DNA of 45,206 nucleotides, the filler included, from Jimgerdemannia flammicorona (taxonomy: Eukaryota): NCBI GenBank assembly GCA_003990765.1. It is 2 parts of 2 records of this genome, joined end to end, with 100 filler letters (N's around TTAATTAATTAA, not from the genome) between each part and the next. Parts side by side here need not be neighbours in the genome. Positions count along the whole stretch, not along the records: positions 1 to 22,557 come from RBNJ01001250.1; 1 more part is not named here. One strand, written 5' to 3'. Positions 1 through 11,591 of the stretch are shown here, in pieces. The translations under genes and the position numbers were made by a program. The notes under the pieces are model-generated. The model was not told the origin of the DNA and searched no databases. It saw nothing but the letters and a program-made list of their open reading frames with translations. How positions within the stretch are numbered: the stretch's first letter is position 1; every line of letters begins with the position of its first letter.

Positions 1-316
1 AAAAAAAAAAAAAAAGCAGAGAAAATGGTTATAATGATATCTTAAGCAAAGAGTATAGACAGTTTTTCAAGCAGTGAGGCATGTAGAAAACAAGCCACAA
101 GAAATTGAAGAGTGAGGGAATAAAGTGGTAAGTGTAAAGGCCCTACAAAAAAAAAAAAAAAAAAAAGCAGAGAAAATGGTTATAATGATATCTTAAGCAA
201 AGAGTATAGACAGTTTTTCAAGCAGTGAGGCATGTAGAAAACAAGCCACAAGAAATAGAAGAGTGAGGGAATAAAGTGGTAAGTGTAAAGGCCCTACAAA
301 AAAAAAAAAAAAAAAA
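1..316. repeat. Tandem duplication of a ~151-bp unit separated by poly-A runs
   Basis: gcagagaaaatggtt...ggccctac occurs at 16-146 and 167-297 with about one mismatch. A-runs lie at 1-15, 147-166 and 298-316. Confidence 0.9.
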
Positions 317-399
317 GTGTAGAGAATACACTACACCTTGAGAAAAGAGTGTAGGCAGCCTTTTTGAGCAGAGCTATAATATAAGCATACAACCTCCAA

Positions 400-800
400 G
401 CCACCAAAATTGCATGTCATCCTCAGAACCAATTTTGAAACCATATGTAAGACTATAAAATAAGTTACTAAAGAGATCATCTGGTTATACAAAATATACT
501 AGCAAGCACAAGAACCTACTGCTAAGATATAAGAATACCAGAAGAAGTACTATAACCATAAGACTAACTCTGAATCTCTATAACTAGTTAGTATACTATA
601 CTATTACAAAAGGAAATCAAAAGTACTAAACTCAAACCAAGATAAGAAGAACCCTATCTCATCCATCAAAATTTCATGAACTATACTTATCAACTCAAGA
701 TCAAAATATACTGCAACTATACAAGACCTCATTACTTAGCAGAAGTAAAATACATTTGAATAACTCTGTTCACTCTATCTGTATCACCTCTGTTGGAGAA
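400..800 (+). pseudogene. Degenerate Ty3/gypsy-type integrase C-terminus (GPY/F region)
   Basis: ~628-705 translates KLKPR*EEPYLIHQNFMNYTYQLK, resembling the K-L-x-P-x-W-x-G-P-Y motif after G>A decay. It lies directly upstream of the first LTR-like repeat. Confidence 0.6.
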
Positions 801-1875
801 TGACAGACACTTCATCTGAACTCAAGAAAGCCAATATTGTTGAAACCAATCTCAAGCCATCCACATAACAGATATGTATTACTACTAGAAATTGTCTTGG
901 ATTACAGAAAATATCATTTCTGAGAGGTTCAAACCCCCAGTCATGATATTGGGAGCCCTTGCCCTAGACAAAGATGGCCAGTCCTTGCAAATATACCAGC
1001 AGTCTAAAAAAAAAGAGAACCAAGACCTATTATCCTTGTACAACTACTACTACCAAGGACAGCCTTAATCTTATAAGAGATAGAAGTAATAATACCTTTA
1101 AAACTAATGATGTCAGAAGTCAGAAAACTGCTCAGACTTTGTCAGAGATGATGTTATCAATAGTGATGTCATCAAAAACTAACCAGACAGCAGCTAAATA
1201 TATAAATAGCTTAGCAGTTATAGTATAGTTAGATTAACCTTATATGACATAACTGTGAACTGACTCAGCAGTCAGATGATCTCTTGATATGTCAGATCAC
1301 ACTTATACTATATGACTGTATTCCAACTCAGCAAGGCACTAAGTGCTATATCCATATCTAACATAGTTCAGATAGCCCCTCACTAGTATAAATACTCCCT
1401 TTCCCAGACCTCAGAATCTCAGACTTAAACAATCCAAATACAACTCCTGAGCACTTCTCCACAATATCTCTTTACACAACTACTCCTAATATAGCAATAT
1501 TATAAATAGTGAATAAATCTATTTAATAATCTACAAATTACTCTTAAGTAAATCCACTCCCCATTAGGTCCCACTCCTAACCATATCATGAAATTTCCTA
1601 ATTGGGTATTGTCTGCAGCAATACACCAATCCAACTAAGCTGGTCTTAGTTTCTTAAACTTCCTGAAATATAGAAAATTCTAAACATCCAGAACTAATCT
1701 AAAAAAGAACTTTGATTGAGATATCAATCCAATTTTGAAATCAATAAGCATAGAGGATATACTTTATATGAAATTGATCTTAACCATAAGAAAACAGTCT
1801 TCTAGAATATCCAGAACTTCCAGAAAACCCTTCCAGAACTATATAATAGTTATCCTAAAAAGTAACCCTCTTATA
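801..1875 (+). mobile_element. LTR-like long direct repeat, copy 1
   Basis: Colinear with 2851-3920 over ~1.07 kb. Starts TGACAG and ends TTATA (possibly decayed TTACA). Preceded by purine-rich ggagaa and followed by PBS-like tagtagcagtag (1879-1890). Contains a TATAAATA box near 1387. Confidence 0.75.
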
Positions 1876-2850
1876 ACTTAGTAGCAGTAGTTTACAATCC
1901 AATTCTACTTCAAGATACTTCCTTACCCCACTATAAATACCTCTGAGAATTCCTACAAGTTGATATAAAGCCCAACCTCTGACCTAGAATTTATCCTGAA
2001 CTATCTGACAATCTGGAGAAAATTGAATCTAATATACAAGGATAATTTGACCTCCACATCTGTAATAAGTGGGACAAACTTCATTTGAAGAAAGAAATAC
2101 TCTAGTTAAATCAGCAGATAGGTGAAACTCTATACACTGAACTTCTTGCACTATACCCAGCAAGTCAAGATGAAGAAGGTCTTATAGAAGTCTTCTTTAC
2201 TCTTCTCAATAAGAGTTTTATCAGCTCTACAAATCTGAGCAACCTAGGATAACCAGCAGTAGTCTTTCTTACCTTAGTTCCTCACAAAGCCTAAGTCTCT
2301 GTAGCCAGATGGCTCAACTCTACTGATTTCCACTGCACCAGGACCAAGACCACATTATACTACTGATTCCAGAATTGCAAGGTCCATTATATTCTTAAGG
2401 AAGAAGCAAGGGAAACTCTCTATCAACAACCTGACTCTGAAACAGAAACAGGTCTAGCTACAGCCCTACCTGAATCCGAAACTAATACCAAACCAGAACT
2501 TGACTTTGAATTAAGTCTATCCGAAATCAGATATATAACTAATTCTGTCTACTTTAACATTGAGCAAACCCAATTACATGGGGACCAAACTGAAGAGGAG
2601 GAAGAGTATCTCAGTGAATTTGATCTCAGATACATCACTGAAGGAGATATACCTCTATTAGGATAGAACACACCTATATAGTAACAAACAACTATCTATT
2701 GAGCCCTCACTCCAGACCCACAACTACTACTCTAATAACTTACATAGACTCAAAGGATACCCTTACACTCTGTACTAGTACCTCAAGTAGTACCAGTAAC
2801 ACCACTACCAGTAGTCCAACTACCTCCAGTAAACAATATGGCAAACTAAC
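1876..2850 (+). mobile_element. Degenerate retroelement 5' internal (leader/gag-like) segment
   Basis: Lies between the two LTR-like copies, starts with the PBS-like motif, is CpG-depleted and coding-like but full of stops. Confidence 0.45.
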
Positions 2851-3920
2851 AGACAGATGCTTCATCTGAACTCAAGAAAGCCAACATTGTCAAAACCAAT
2901 CTCAAGCTATCCACATAACAGATATTACTACTAGAAATTATCTCAGATTATAGAAAATATCATTTCTGAGAGATTCAAACCCCCAGCCATGACATTGAGA
3001 GTCCTCACCCTAGACAAGAATGGCCAGTCCTCGCAAATATGCCAGCAGTCCAAAAAAAAAGAGAACTAAGATCTGTTATCCTTGTACAACCACTGCCACC
3101 AAGGACAGCCTTAATCTTACAAGAGATAGAAATAATGATACCTTTGAAACTGATGATGTCAGAAGCCAGAAAACTGCTCAGACTTTATCAGAAATAATGT
3201 CATCAATAGTGATATCATCAAAGACTAACCAGATAGCAGCTAAATCTATAAATAGCTTAGCAGTCATAGTATAGTTAGATTAGCCTTGTACAACATGACT
3301 ATGAACTGACTCAGCAGTCAGACAATCCCTTGATATGTCAGATTACACTTATACTATATGACTATATTCTGACTCAGCAAGACACTAAGTGCTATATCTA
3401 TATCTAGCATAGTTCAGATAGCCCCTCACTAGTATAAATACCCTCTCTTCCAGACCTCAGAATCTCAGACTTGAACAATCCAAATACAACTCCTGAGCAC
3501 TTCTCTACAATATCTCTTTATATAACTATTCCTAGTATAATAATATCATAAATAGTAAATAAATCTATTTAATAATCTATAAATCACTCTTAAGTAAATC
3601 TACTCCCTATTAGGTCCCACTCTTAACTACATCACAAAATTTCCTAATTGGGTATTGTCTGCAGCGATATGCCAATCCAACTAAGCTAATCTTAGTTTTT
3701 TGAACTTTCTGAAATACAGAAAATCCTGAACATCCAAAACTAGTCTGAAAAAGGACTTAGTTGAGATGTCAACCCAATCTTGAAATCAATAAGTGTAGAG
3801 GACATACTCTATATGAAATTGATCTTGACCATAAGAAAATGATCTTTCAGAATATTCAGAACTTCTAGAAAACTCTTCCAGAACTACATAACAGTTACTC
3901 TAAAAAGTAACCCTCTTATA
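2851..3920 (+). mobile_element. LTR-like long direct repeat, copy 2
   Basis: gacagatgcttcatctgaactcaagaaag...aagtaaccctcttata matches copy 1. Visible differences are almost all transitions. Confidence 0.75.
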
Positions 3921-4047
3921 TATGAGAAAAGAAGAGCAGAGCTATGAGAAAAGAGGAGTAGAAAAATGATATAAGTAATTGTCAGATGTACTAAGCCAGA
4001 TGTAGATGCACTGAGCTGAATATAGATATACCAGATTGTCAGATATA

Positions 4048-4117
4048 TCTTACTAGATATGTCTTACTAGATATATCTTACTAGATATATCTTATCAGAT
4101 GTACCTTATTAGATATA
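4048..4117. repeat. 14-bp minisatellite, about 5 copies
   Basis: Units tcttactagatatg, tcttactagatata x2, tcttatcagatgta, ccttattagatata. Confidence 0.8.
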
Positions 4118-4699
4118 GATATACTGAATTACCAGATACACTTGATTATCTTCTACAGCATACCTGACCCCTCTAGACAATAAGTCAAATTTGAGATATA
4201 TTTATTGAAAAATTAATTTGGTATTATTCTCTGAATTAAATTAACTTCTTTAAACATTCTTCTGCCTAATATTATATAGTATCATATAGTAGTTACTGAG
4301 TCCTTCAAATATACTAGATTCTCTTTAAGATATATCTCTTAGACTAACTTAAGTTTGTTATAAGCAAGTTCTTATTGGAGTGCCTTCCCAAGATCTTATA
4401 GTCCTCAAACTTCTTATCTTTAAACTGTCTTGTTATCTCTTAGATTGCTTGTAAAGAAGTATGTATATTATATTGAGAAGAACTGACTTTATTTCAGAGA
4501 AAATAAGAGAAATATTTATACACAATATAATTCAATGGTTGCTAAGATATAAAGCTAAATATAAATTCCAATAACTAAAATAAAATACCAGGACAGGAAA
4601 AACTGCTAAGTTTCAGAGTTGGCACTGATGGTTATACAGATTCAGGATGCTGGTATAATTTTGGTAATATATCAGAATGCTAGTACTGATATAATTCAG

Positions 4700-5750
4700 T
4701 GTCATCAAAGGACTTTAGAGCAGAATATTCAAGACCATAGGGGCTTCATTCTCATCAGAGATCAGGATATCTTTGAAGGAGATGAGGTCTATAAATTCAT
4801 CATCATTATATAGGTTATATATTTCATATATATTATATATCTTACATATATCGCACAGGATGATGTCATTACCAATGACATTATCACATTTGGCAGTAGT
4901 ACAAACAAGAAGGTCTGGGGCTCTCCAGTCTATAAGGTTCTCTTCCAAAAAATAGGGAACAAATGTGGAGTTTTGGAAAGATCTAACCTAAATGCTTGGG
5001 TCTTGAAATACTGAGATTAATCCTTGCAAGAATTGGTCTGAGTTGTTCTGGAGAATGGGATGCCAGAAGTCTTCTACTTTGTCACTATTGAGAGTAATAG
5101 TAGACTGGGCTTCTGTAGCCACTCTGGCTTTTAGTATATTGATACAGTGGGCTGACAGATCTCTGAAGTCTGAGACTTTAATATACTCCAAGTTGGAGAT
5201 CAACTATGGTATATGCCTGAAGATCTGATAGATCTTCTTAGCTATTCTTATTTTGCATATATCTATAAGAATGATATCTTGTAGCTCTTGAGTACTGGCC
5301 TGTGGGAACTCTCAGCAGAGGAGGTTTCTTATTTCATACTTCTGCTATATTTGGAGGCATTTAGTAGCAATAGTGATCTTTATTTCCATTTCACAGTAGT
5401 AGAGAATATAATTATAAGGGTCACCAGTACTCAGGTTGATACTAGAAGTCCTTCTTGAGTGGATCCTCATAGCTCTTCTGATGTCTTGGAACATCCTTTC
5501 TTTGACTGAAGTACCTTAGTAGTTCCTTAATATTGAGATTTGGCAAGCAGTAGGCATTTTGTTTATAGTAAGTCTTTAGGCTATTTTGGAATTGGTGGGT
5601 CTTATTGGTTACTGCTACTGCAGTTTCTTGATCCTTCTTTTATATTCCTCAAGATGCCCATACTGTGGTCATAATGACTTATAGTTGGTCATCATTACTC
5701 ATCTCATACATATACTGTATGATCTTCTTATACTCCAATCTGGTAGCTTA
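4700..5750 (-). pseudogene. CpG-depleted coding-like relic of unidentified (probably mobile-element) origin
   Basis: Protein-like minus-strand ORF fragments 4715-4948 and 4988-5203 inside decayed DNA. No diagnostic motif recognised. Confidence 0.3.
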
Positions 5751-5849
5751 TAAGGAAAGGCTGTCTCCTGTGCTGATGTCATCATTCTGGAATTACTGTT
5801 ATAGTAGTTACAATAAGTTGAAATCAGAATGCTGAGCTCTACTAGGATT

Positions 5850-8652
5850 TCAAATATATATATGCTCAAATAGTCTCAGTTTTAAGAGTATCTCCTTGGT
5901 ACAACAAGCTCTTTACTACTGGAAAACATCTATTCAACTAGTGTACTTATTGTGAGAATAGCCAGATAATCTCTAGCCATATTGCTTAAATTAGGAAAGT
6001 CTATTTGATATCTCTATAAATTTAAAATATAGAGAATTTTAGAGCCAAAAACTTATAATATTTAATAAAAATAATTATGAAAATTCTTACCTTTCACCAA
6101 TCTAATATATCAATATTCTTCAATAAGACTACTCAATCAGTAGACAAATATATTGTAAGCTAATCTATTGAAGATTTTCTTTTCTCTTTTACTATAAAAA
6201 TGCTATATAATGGAATTATTTATATAGTTATCCAAACCATAGTCAAAACTTGGTAGAGATATATAGTTTTTCTGATATATATTGGTAATTGATGGCTCTA
6301 TCTCCTCAATAAATTCTTTTTCTCAGCCTGATCTTTATGATATTGAAGCTTTAATCATAGATCTAAAACTGATCAAATATTGGAATTATATTCAAAATTA
6401 TGAAATTTCTCATTTTAATTTATAAAAAACAACACTTTACTCACTGGTACTAATAGAAAATATGGAAGCACCTGTTTTTGAATAATATTTTTTAAGCTTC
6501 TTCAAAGCCACTTTAATAGCTTCCCTTTGTCTTGAGAGAGATATATCTTTATTTTTCAATAAGTCTAGCAGGTTTTCAAGTTAATTAATCAAAAGATTGT
6601 ATATTAAAATTATAGAATATATTATCAAAAACTTTTGCTGAATAACTTCTTTTGTATATTTATTAAAATGCTAAAGGAAAATAAAGTATAAAAGTATAAA
6701 AAAAGATGAGTAAAGTAAAACTAAATCTACAAAAATACTAATAAATATTTTTTTACTTATCTCTAAAACTTTAATAACTTCTCTTAATTTTGTCTACTCA
6801 TTCTCTTCAATTACTATATCTCATATATCTTTATCAGTAGCAGCTATAGAATTTAGTATCTAAATTATATATGTTTGAATAAGTTAATATTAATTAATAA
6901 GTTAAATCCTGTTTTATAATATTATCATTAATAATCTATATACTATAACAAGTATTAGTACTCATTTAATCATTACAAATATTGAGTTCTAATATGTACT
7001 AACATCTAAAATAAGTTCTTTTAGATTGAGAGAAATTGCTTTATACTGTTCGGTAAGTTTTTTTTTACTATAGTAGTGATGATTGAATTATAACAATCAA
7101 TTTGTATAACTTTTAAATAGTATTAAAGCTCTATTAGTTACACTCCAATTACTGAATAGTTGTATGAGATAATCTTAAGTAATAAGATTCAGAACATAGG
7201 CTTGACACTATATATAATTATTGTTGATATCAAAGATTATATTTTCTTGTTAAAGTTTTATTGCCAAAATATAGAGAAATATAATATTGTTAGAGGCATT
7301 GTTTGTTATAATAACTAATATCTGTATTTCAAAATTTTGTTATATAAAATTATATAGAAAGTAATTAATAATTAAAAATAAAAAGAGGGGTTTTTTTTTC
7401 ATTCTCTTTTTATATTAGTTTAAAATAAAAAACTCTTATATCTTAGTTGTAATTCTAAGCTTATGAATATAGTTTATAAATACTTCTGTAATATTTTCTT
7501 TAAAGTGAGGACTCTCAAGCTTTATAAAGTTAAGAGTAAGAGTTTAAAGCTACCAATTAGAATCAATCCAATATCTAGTAATACTGAGAAATGAAATAAC
7601 ATTGGGAGATATTTAGATATTAATTATAAACAAAATTTTACTCATAATACTCTATAGTAAAATTTAAAATATAGTTAGTAACTATAATTAATTTAATAAT
7701 ATTCTTAATATTATTAATATTTTATCTGAAGCTTTTAATGAAGATTATTATATTCTTTTTTGTAAGTCTCCATAATATCATTATGAATAGTATCAGTACT
7801 TGGGATATATAAATCAAACTTGAGAAGACCAAAGAGACTTCATAAAGAAGTACTCTCAATTACTATAAATGATTGATCATTATATATAATCTAGCAAATG
7901 AGTCAATTTCAAAACTCTGAAGCAGAATATAACTAAATTGGAGAGTTATTTTTTAAGTATAAAAGATATATGTTCAAATTTATATTAAAATAAAAAGGAG
8001 ATTACCTACTTACTATAGCTGAAATATCAATTTTACTTGATATTATATTTAACTCCATTTTATTTAAATATTGGGCCTTTATATGTTTTATTATATTTGT
8101 CATAAAACTACTATGTATTTATATTAAATATATTCAATATAATTATAATACTTATAAGTAACTTTGTTTTTCTCAGTTTTAGTACAGTATTACCAAACTT
8201 TAGAATAAAGAGTATAATATGGAATATTATTTAAAGAAAACTGGATATTATTTAAAAAAGTCTGACTTAAAGTATTATTAATACTGAAAAATACTGATAA
8301 CTAATCTATTGATATTAATATTAATATAATATATATGTGAGTATATATATATATATTCACATTAGTATTTGTGAATATGTCTGCAAATATTTTTCTCTCA
8401 TATTCCTCTGTTTATATATATAAGTAAATTATATGATAAGTTTTATTTATTCATAAGATTCAAATCTGATAATTCAAATCTGATAGTTTGAATTTGGTGA
8501 TTCAAATTCAGTGATTTGAATTTAGTGATTTAAATTTAGTAATTTGAATCACTAGTTTAGAGATTTGGATCAGAGCAGTCATAATTTAAACTGATTCAAA
8601 TTAAGAATAGTCACAATTCAAACTGGTTCAAACTGACTTATTCAGAGCACTA
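5850..8652 (-). mobile_element. Decayed hAT-family DNA transposon with an intron-containing transposase pseudogene
   Basis: Minus-strand motifs in the expected order: SKVW*Y (BED-finger start, ~8190), DI*ISPNVISFLSIT (~7600), TNNASN (~7295), LILDVSTY*NSIFVMI (~6965-7015) and ILDW*K/DFPNLSNMARDYLAILTISTLVE*MFS (dimerisation domain, ~5925-6105). Subterminal short repeats at 8455-8640. Candidate terminus TAGTGCTCTGAA (minus) ends at 8652. The left boundary is approximate. Confidence 0.85.
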
Positions 8653-9002
8653 CTTACTACTAAAAAACCCCATTTCTATAATATATCTCCTTCTAACATA
8701 TTATCATCTAAAGGCCCCAAGTCTATCCAATCTAATACATCTATCAGAACTCTTATATATTGTTATATTACTAGTACTTTTTCTCCAAAAACTATATAAA
8801 AAGTATTAAAGATATTTGTATAATATAAATTATATCAGAAAAAGATAAATATTATATATTATTTATTCTAGAACAATTTTAATTTTAAAAAAAATCTTAT
8901 CTCATTTCTAATAATAAAAAAATGAAACACTATCAGATCAGAGAACATAAATATCAAAATTCCTATTTCACCCTTTTCTCCTCTAAAAAAATAAAACCTC
9001 TG

Positions 9003-10446
9003 TTAATCAACTCTGATCTTCTGCCTTACAACCTTGGGTCCCACAGGATCCCCTTCATACCCTGTAACAAAATCTATATAGTCATCAATCCACTTTCTCC
9101 AGTTCTTTTTTACCATCACCGCCACCACCGCCGCCGTCACTACCACCAAGCCCCATTGTCCGGGGACTCCCACATCCATGCCATAGTCCCCAATGCCTAC
9201 GAACCCTGTCCTCCACTTTAGATGCTTCCGCAGAATACACATGCGCTCGATTGCGATGTGGTGATCTTGCGTTGTGGTTTCGTGCTCGGGCTCGGTGGCA
9301 AGCCTGCACGCTCGGCACCACGCACTCTCGGTATCGTATCCCCATCCGGTGGGTCCGGCGGCATGGCCAGCCCTGTCCCAGAAGGCGACGAACTTTCGGC
9401 TCAGTTCGGGCCGGGTTTGCTTGTAGTGGAAGTGTGTGGCGTAGAGGGTCTCGTTGCGTGCGGCCTTGGAGAGGTAGGTGGCCAGGTCGCGCGGCGAGGC
9501 GAAGTCGTCCAGCTCGACCAGGGCGTCCTTATGCGGCGAGAAGGGGTCGTAGTCGTGCGGCCCGTCCACGACGGGGACGCTTCCAACGCGGAGGGCCGTG
9601 GCGAAGTAGGTGTTGGGGGAGAGATAGTTGACACAGTTGGCGGGTTCGAGGGTTAGATGGAATTTGTACGTTGAGAGAAGGGTTTCGGGCGTCATGTCTG
9701 ATCGTTTCGATGGAAAAGCGAGTAAGGGGTCCATCTGGAAATGCAGGTACTCTTCGCTATACATCAACACACACAACCTACCTTTAGGCCACTCCTTATT
9801 CGCTAAACACCCTCCATAGACATCTACATCAATCCACCGCATGAGCTCACGGACGTAATAATGTCTACCGTTGCTCGCCGTGCAGTCGCCGTCGATCCAC
9901 GCGACGGGAACGGGATTGCGTTGAGACCAAGGGACGACGAGCGGTTTGAGAGAGTCGGCGAAGAAGGTGGATGAGAAGGGAAGGGATGGGAAGGCGGAGT
10001 CGAGACGGTAGCTCATGCTGGAAGGAATTGGGTATTAGTGAGTCTGAGGAGGCCTGTCACTACCGCGATCCATGGGAGGGTTCGTGTTTTCGTTCCTCGG
10101 CCTTCCGAACACCAAACGAGGGGTATCCATACCTGTACTGAAACCTTTCCAGATCATCCTTTTTACGCATCCACTTCAGTTCTATCGGTGGTTCGTCCAG
10201 GTGCAGCACCCACGGCCGAGACCCAGTGGCGGGCAGGTCGCCGAGACGGATTTCAGGCGCGTGAAACACGACGATGCTAGCGTCGTTCAAACGTTCGCGG
10301 TGGTGGGTTAGCTGGCATGTGTAGGAAAGACCGCACTGGTCAATTATGTGCCCATCCCAGTAGGACGCGTTTTTGTGGTAGGGAGTCCAGTAGAGGATTA
10401 GGGTAGTCATGGCGGGTTTGAGGAGTGATTGTATACAAGCCACCAT
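9003..10446 (-). CDS. GT10-family alpha-1,3-fucosyltransferase-like protein (3 exons: 10446-10133, 10017-9782, 9697-9003)
   Basis: GT10 hallmarks ILYWT, C-x-LT...ASIVVFH, PWV...EPP, SMSYRLDS (formed across the splice), VDVYGGC, YKFHLTLEPANCVNY, GSVPVVDG, DDFASPRDLATYL and WCRAC. GT..AG introns at 10132-10018 and 9781-9698 keep the frame. The start codon is uncertain. Confidence 0.85.
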
Positions 10447-10729
10447 GACACCACGACCTTGAATTGTACAGTTACAATGACGTCATCAATATAATGGATC
10501 TCGATCCGCCATGGCCATGTTTCAATGCTTTGTTTCTAGGCCAAAAGTCCATTCTGCAAGTGCGATATTCATCGAAATTAAACACAGGTTATTCCGAACA
10601 CTGCCTTCTCAAATTTCGCTCCGATACCCTTCCCGTAGTCGAACTGGCCTATTCCTCGAACCCACCGTCCCTCTTACACCTTTGTCACCCCCTCCCCGCT
10701 TACGAACTCGCCCACGGTCTCGAATTCAT

Positions 10730-11396
10730 TCACACCAGCCACGACTCCTGCTTGTGCCTGACGAAATCCTCAAAATCCCATTCCCGCTCTTCCAACTCGT
10801 GCCGTCCGCTTGTCCACACGTACACTCCCACCGACACGCCCCGCTCCGGGGTGGGGTGTGACGGAGTCGCGAGCGTGTCGACGGTCGTGTCGATACGGGT
10901 ATAGTCCTGGAGTGTGCGGGCGATGGTGAGTCGCAATGGGATGATAGAGTTTGAAGCGGGTCCGTAATGATTCATGTGAAAACTTGAGATTAGAAATGCC
11001 ACCCACCCCGCCTTCAAAGTTATCCAGTCGTAGAATGTCGTTTTTCGTCAGCCCCTCGCACAGCACGCCGATCACCCTGTCGGTCTCGATCCCCGTTGGC
11101 AATAAACCCGGATATGCTGCGCCCTTCACGCAATATCGTTTATATCCCTAGCATACAGTTCGTAAGGCCAATCATCATGAATCTCCGCGCCATGAAAGAT
11201 ACTTCCTCAGGTTCATGCGCCAGAAACCCCAAGCGACCCGTTCCAAATTCGATCCTCTCACCTTGATGACGGCCGGCCGGAACCGCAGCGTTGCGAGCTT
11301 CTGCGCCGCGAGTGGGGCGGACGGGTCAGACTCCTGGCACAGGACTCGGGTGATAATCGCGCTGGACATGAGAGTGCCGTAGAAGAAGCAGGACAT
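10730..11396 (-). CDS. AIG2-like gamma-glutamylcyclotransferase family protein (exons 11396-11262, 11147-11007, 10906-10730)
   Basis: MSCFFYGTLM, GYKRYCVKGAAYPGL, LDNFEG-x-DY, VYVW and EWDFEDF motifs. Both introns are canonical phase 0. Confidence 0.88.
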
Positions 11397-11397
11397 G

Positions 11398-11442
11398 GTG
11401 AGTTGTGGGGATGTGAGTTGTGGGGATGTGAGTTGTGGGGAT
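11398..11442. repeat. 15-bp tandem repeat x3 immediately upstream of the GGCT start
   Basis: gtgagttgtggggat repeated three times. Confidence 0.9.
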
Positions 11443-11504
11443 GGGATCGGTGTATGTATGGGTGTGGAGTCTTTTGACCATCTCGTTATCTCCACGAGGT
11501 TCTG

Positions 11505-11514
11505 GTCACGTGAT
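11505..11514. promoter_or_regulatory. Palindromic extended E-box in a short divergent intergenic region
   Basis: GTCACGTGAT lies between start codons at 11396 (-) and 11592 (+). Confidence 0.45.
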
Positions 11515-11591
11515 GCGCCGATCGGTTGCACGAGGAGGGGTTCTTCATGAGGCCGGTTACCCCACTTCTCTGCACGTCCAACCCACTCCGC

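Noticed and set aside
1..316. 151-bp duplication as a biological array or SINE pair
   Set aside because: It sits at the window edge between homopolymer runs and is nearly identical, so an assembly artefact cannot be excluded.
974..3274. Two similar 84-aa ORFs (974-1228, 3020-3274) as paralogous genes
   Set aside because: Both lie inside the LTR-like repeats. Their similarity follows from the DNA duplication and no protein motif was recognised.
4048..4117. Short repeats (also 14172-14336 and 42930-43465) as a CRISPR array
   Set aside because: Eukaryotic context, no identical repeats with unique regular spacers, and no cas genes.
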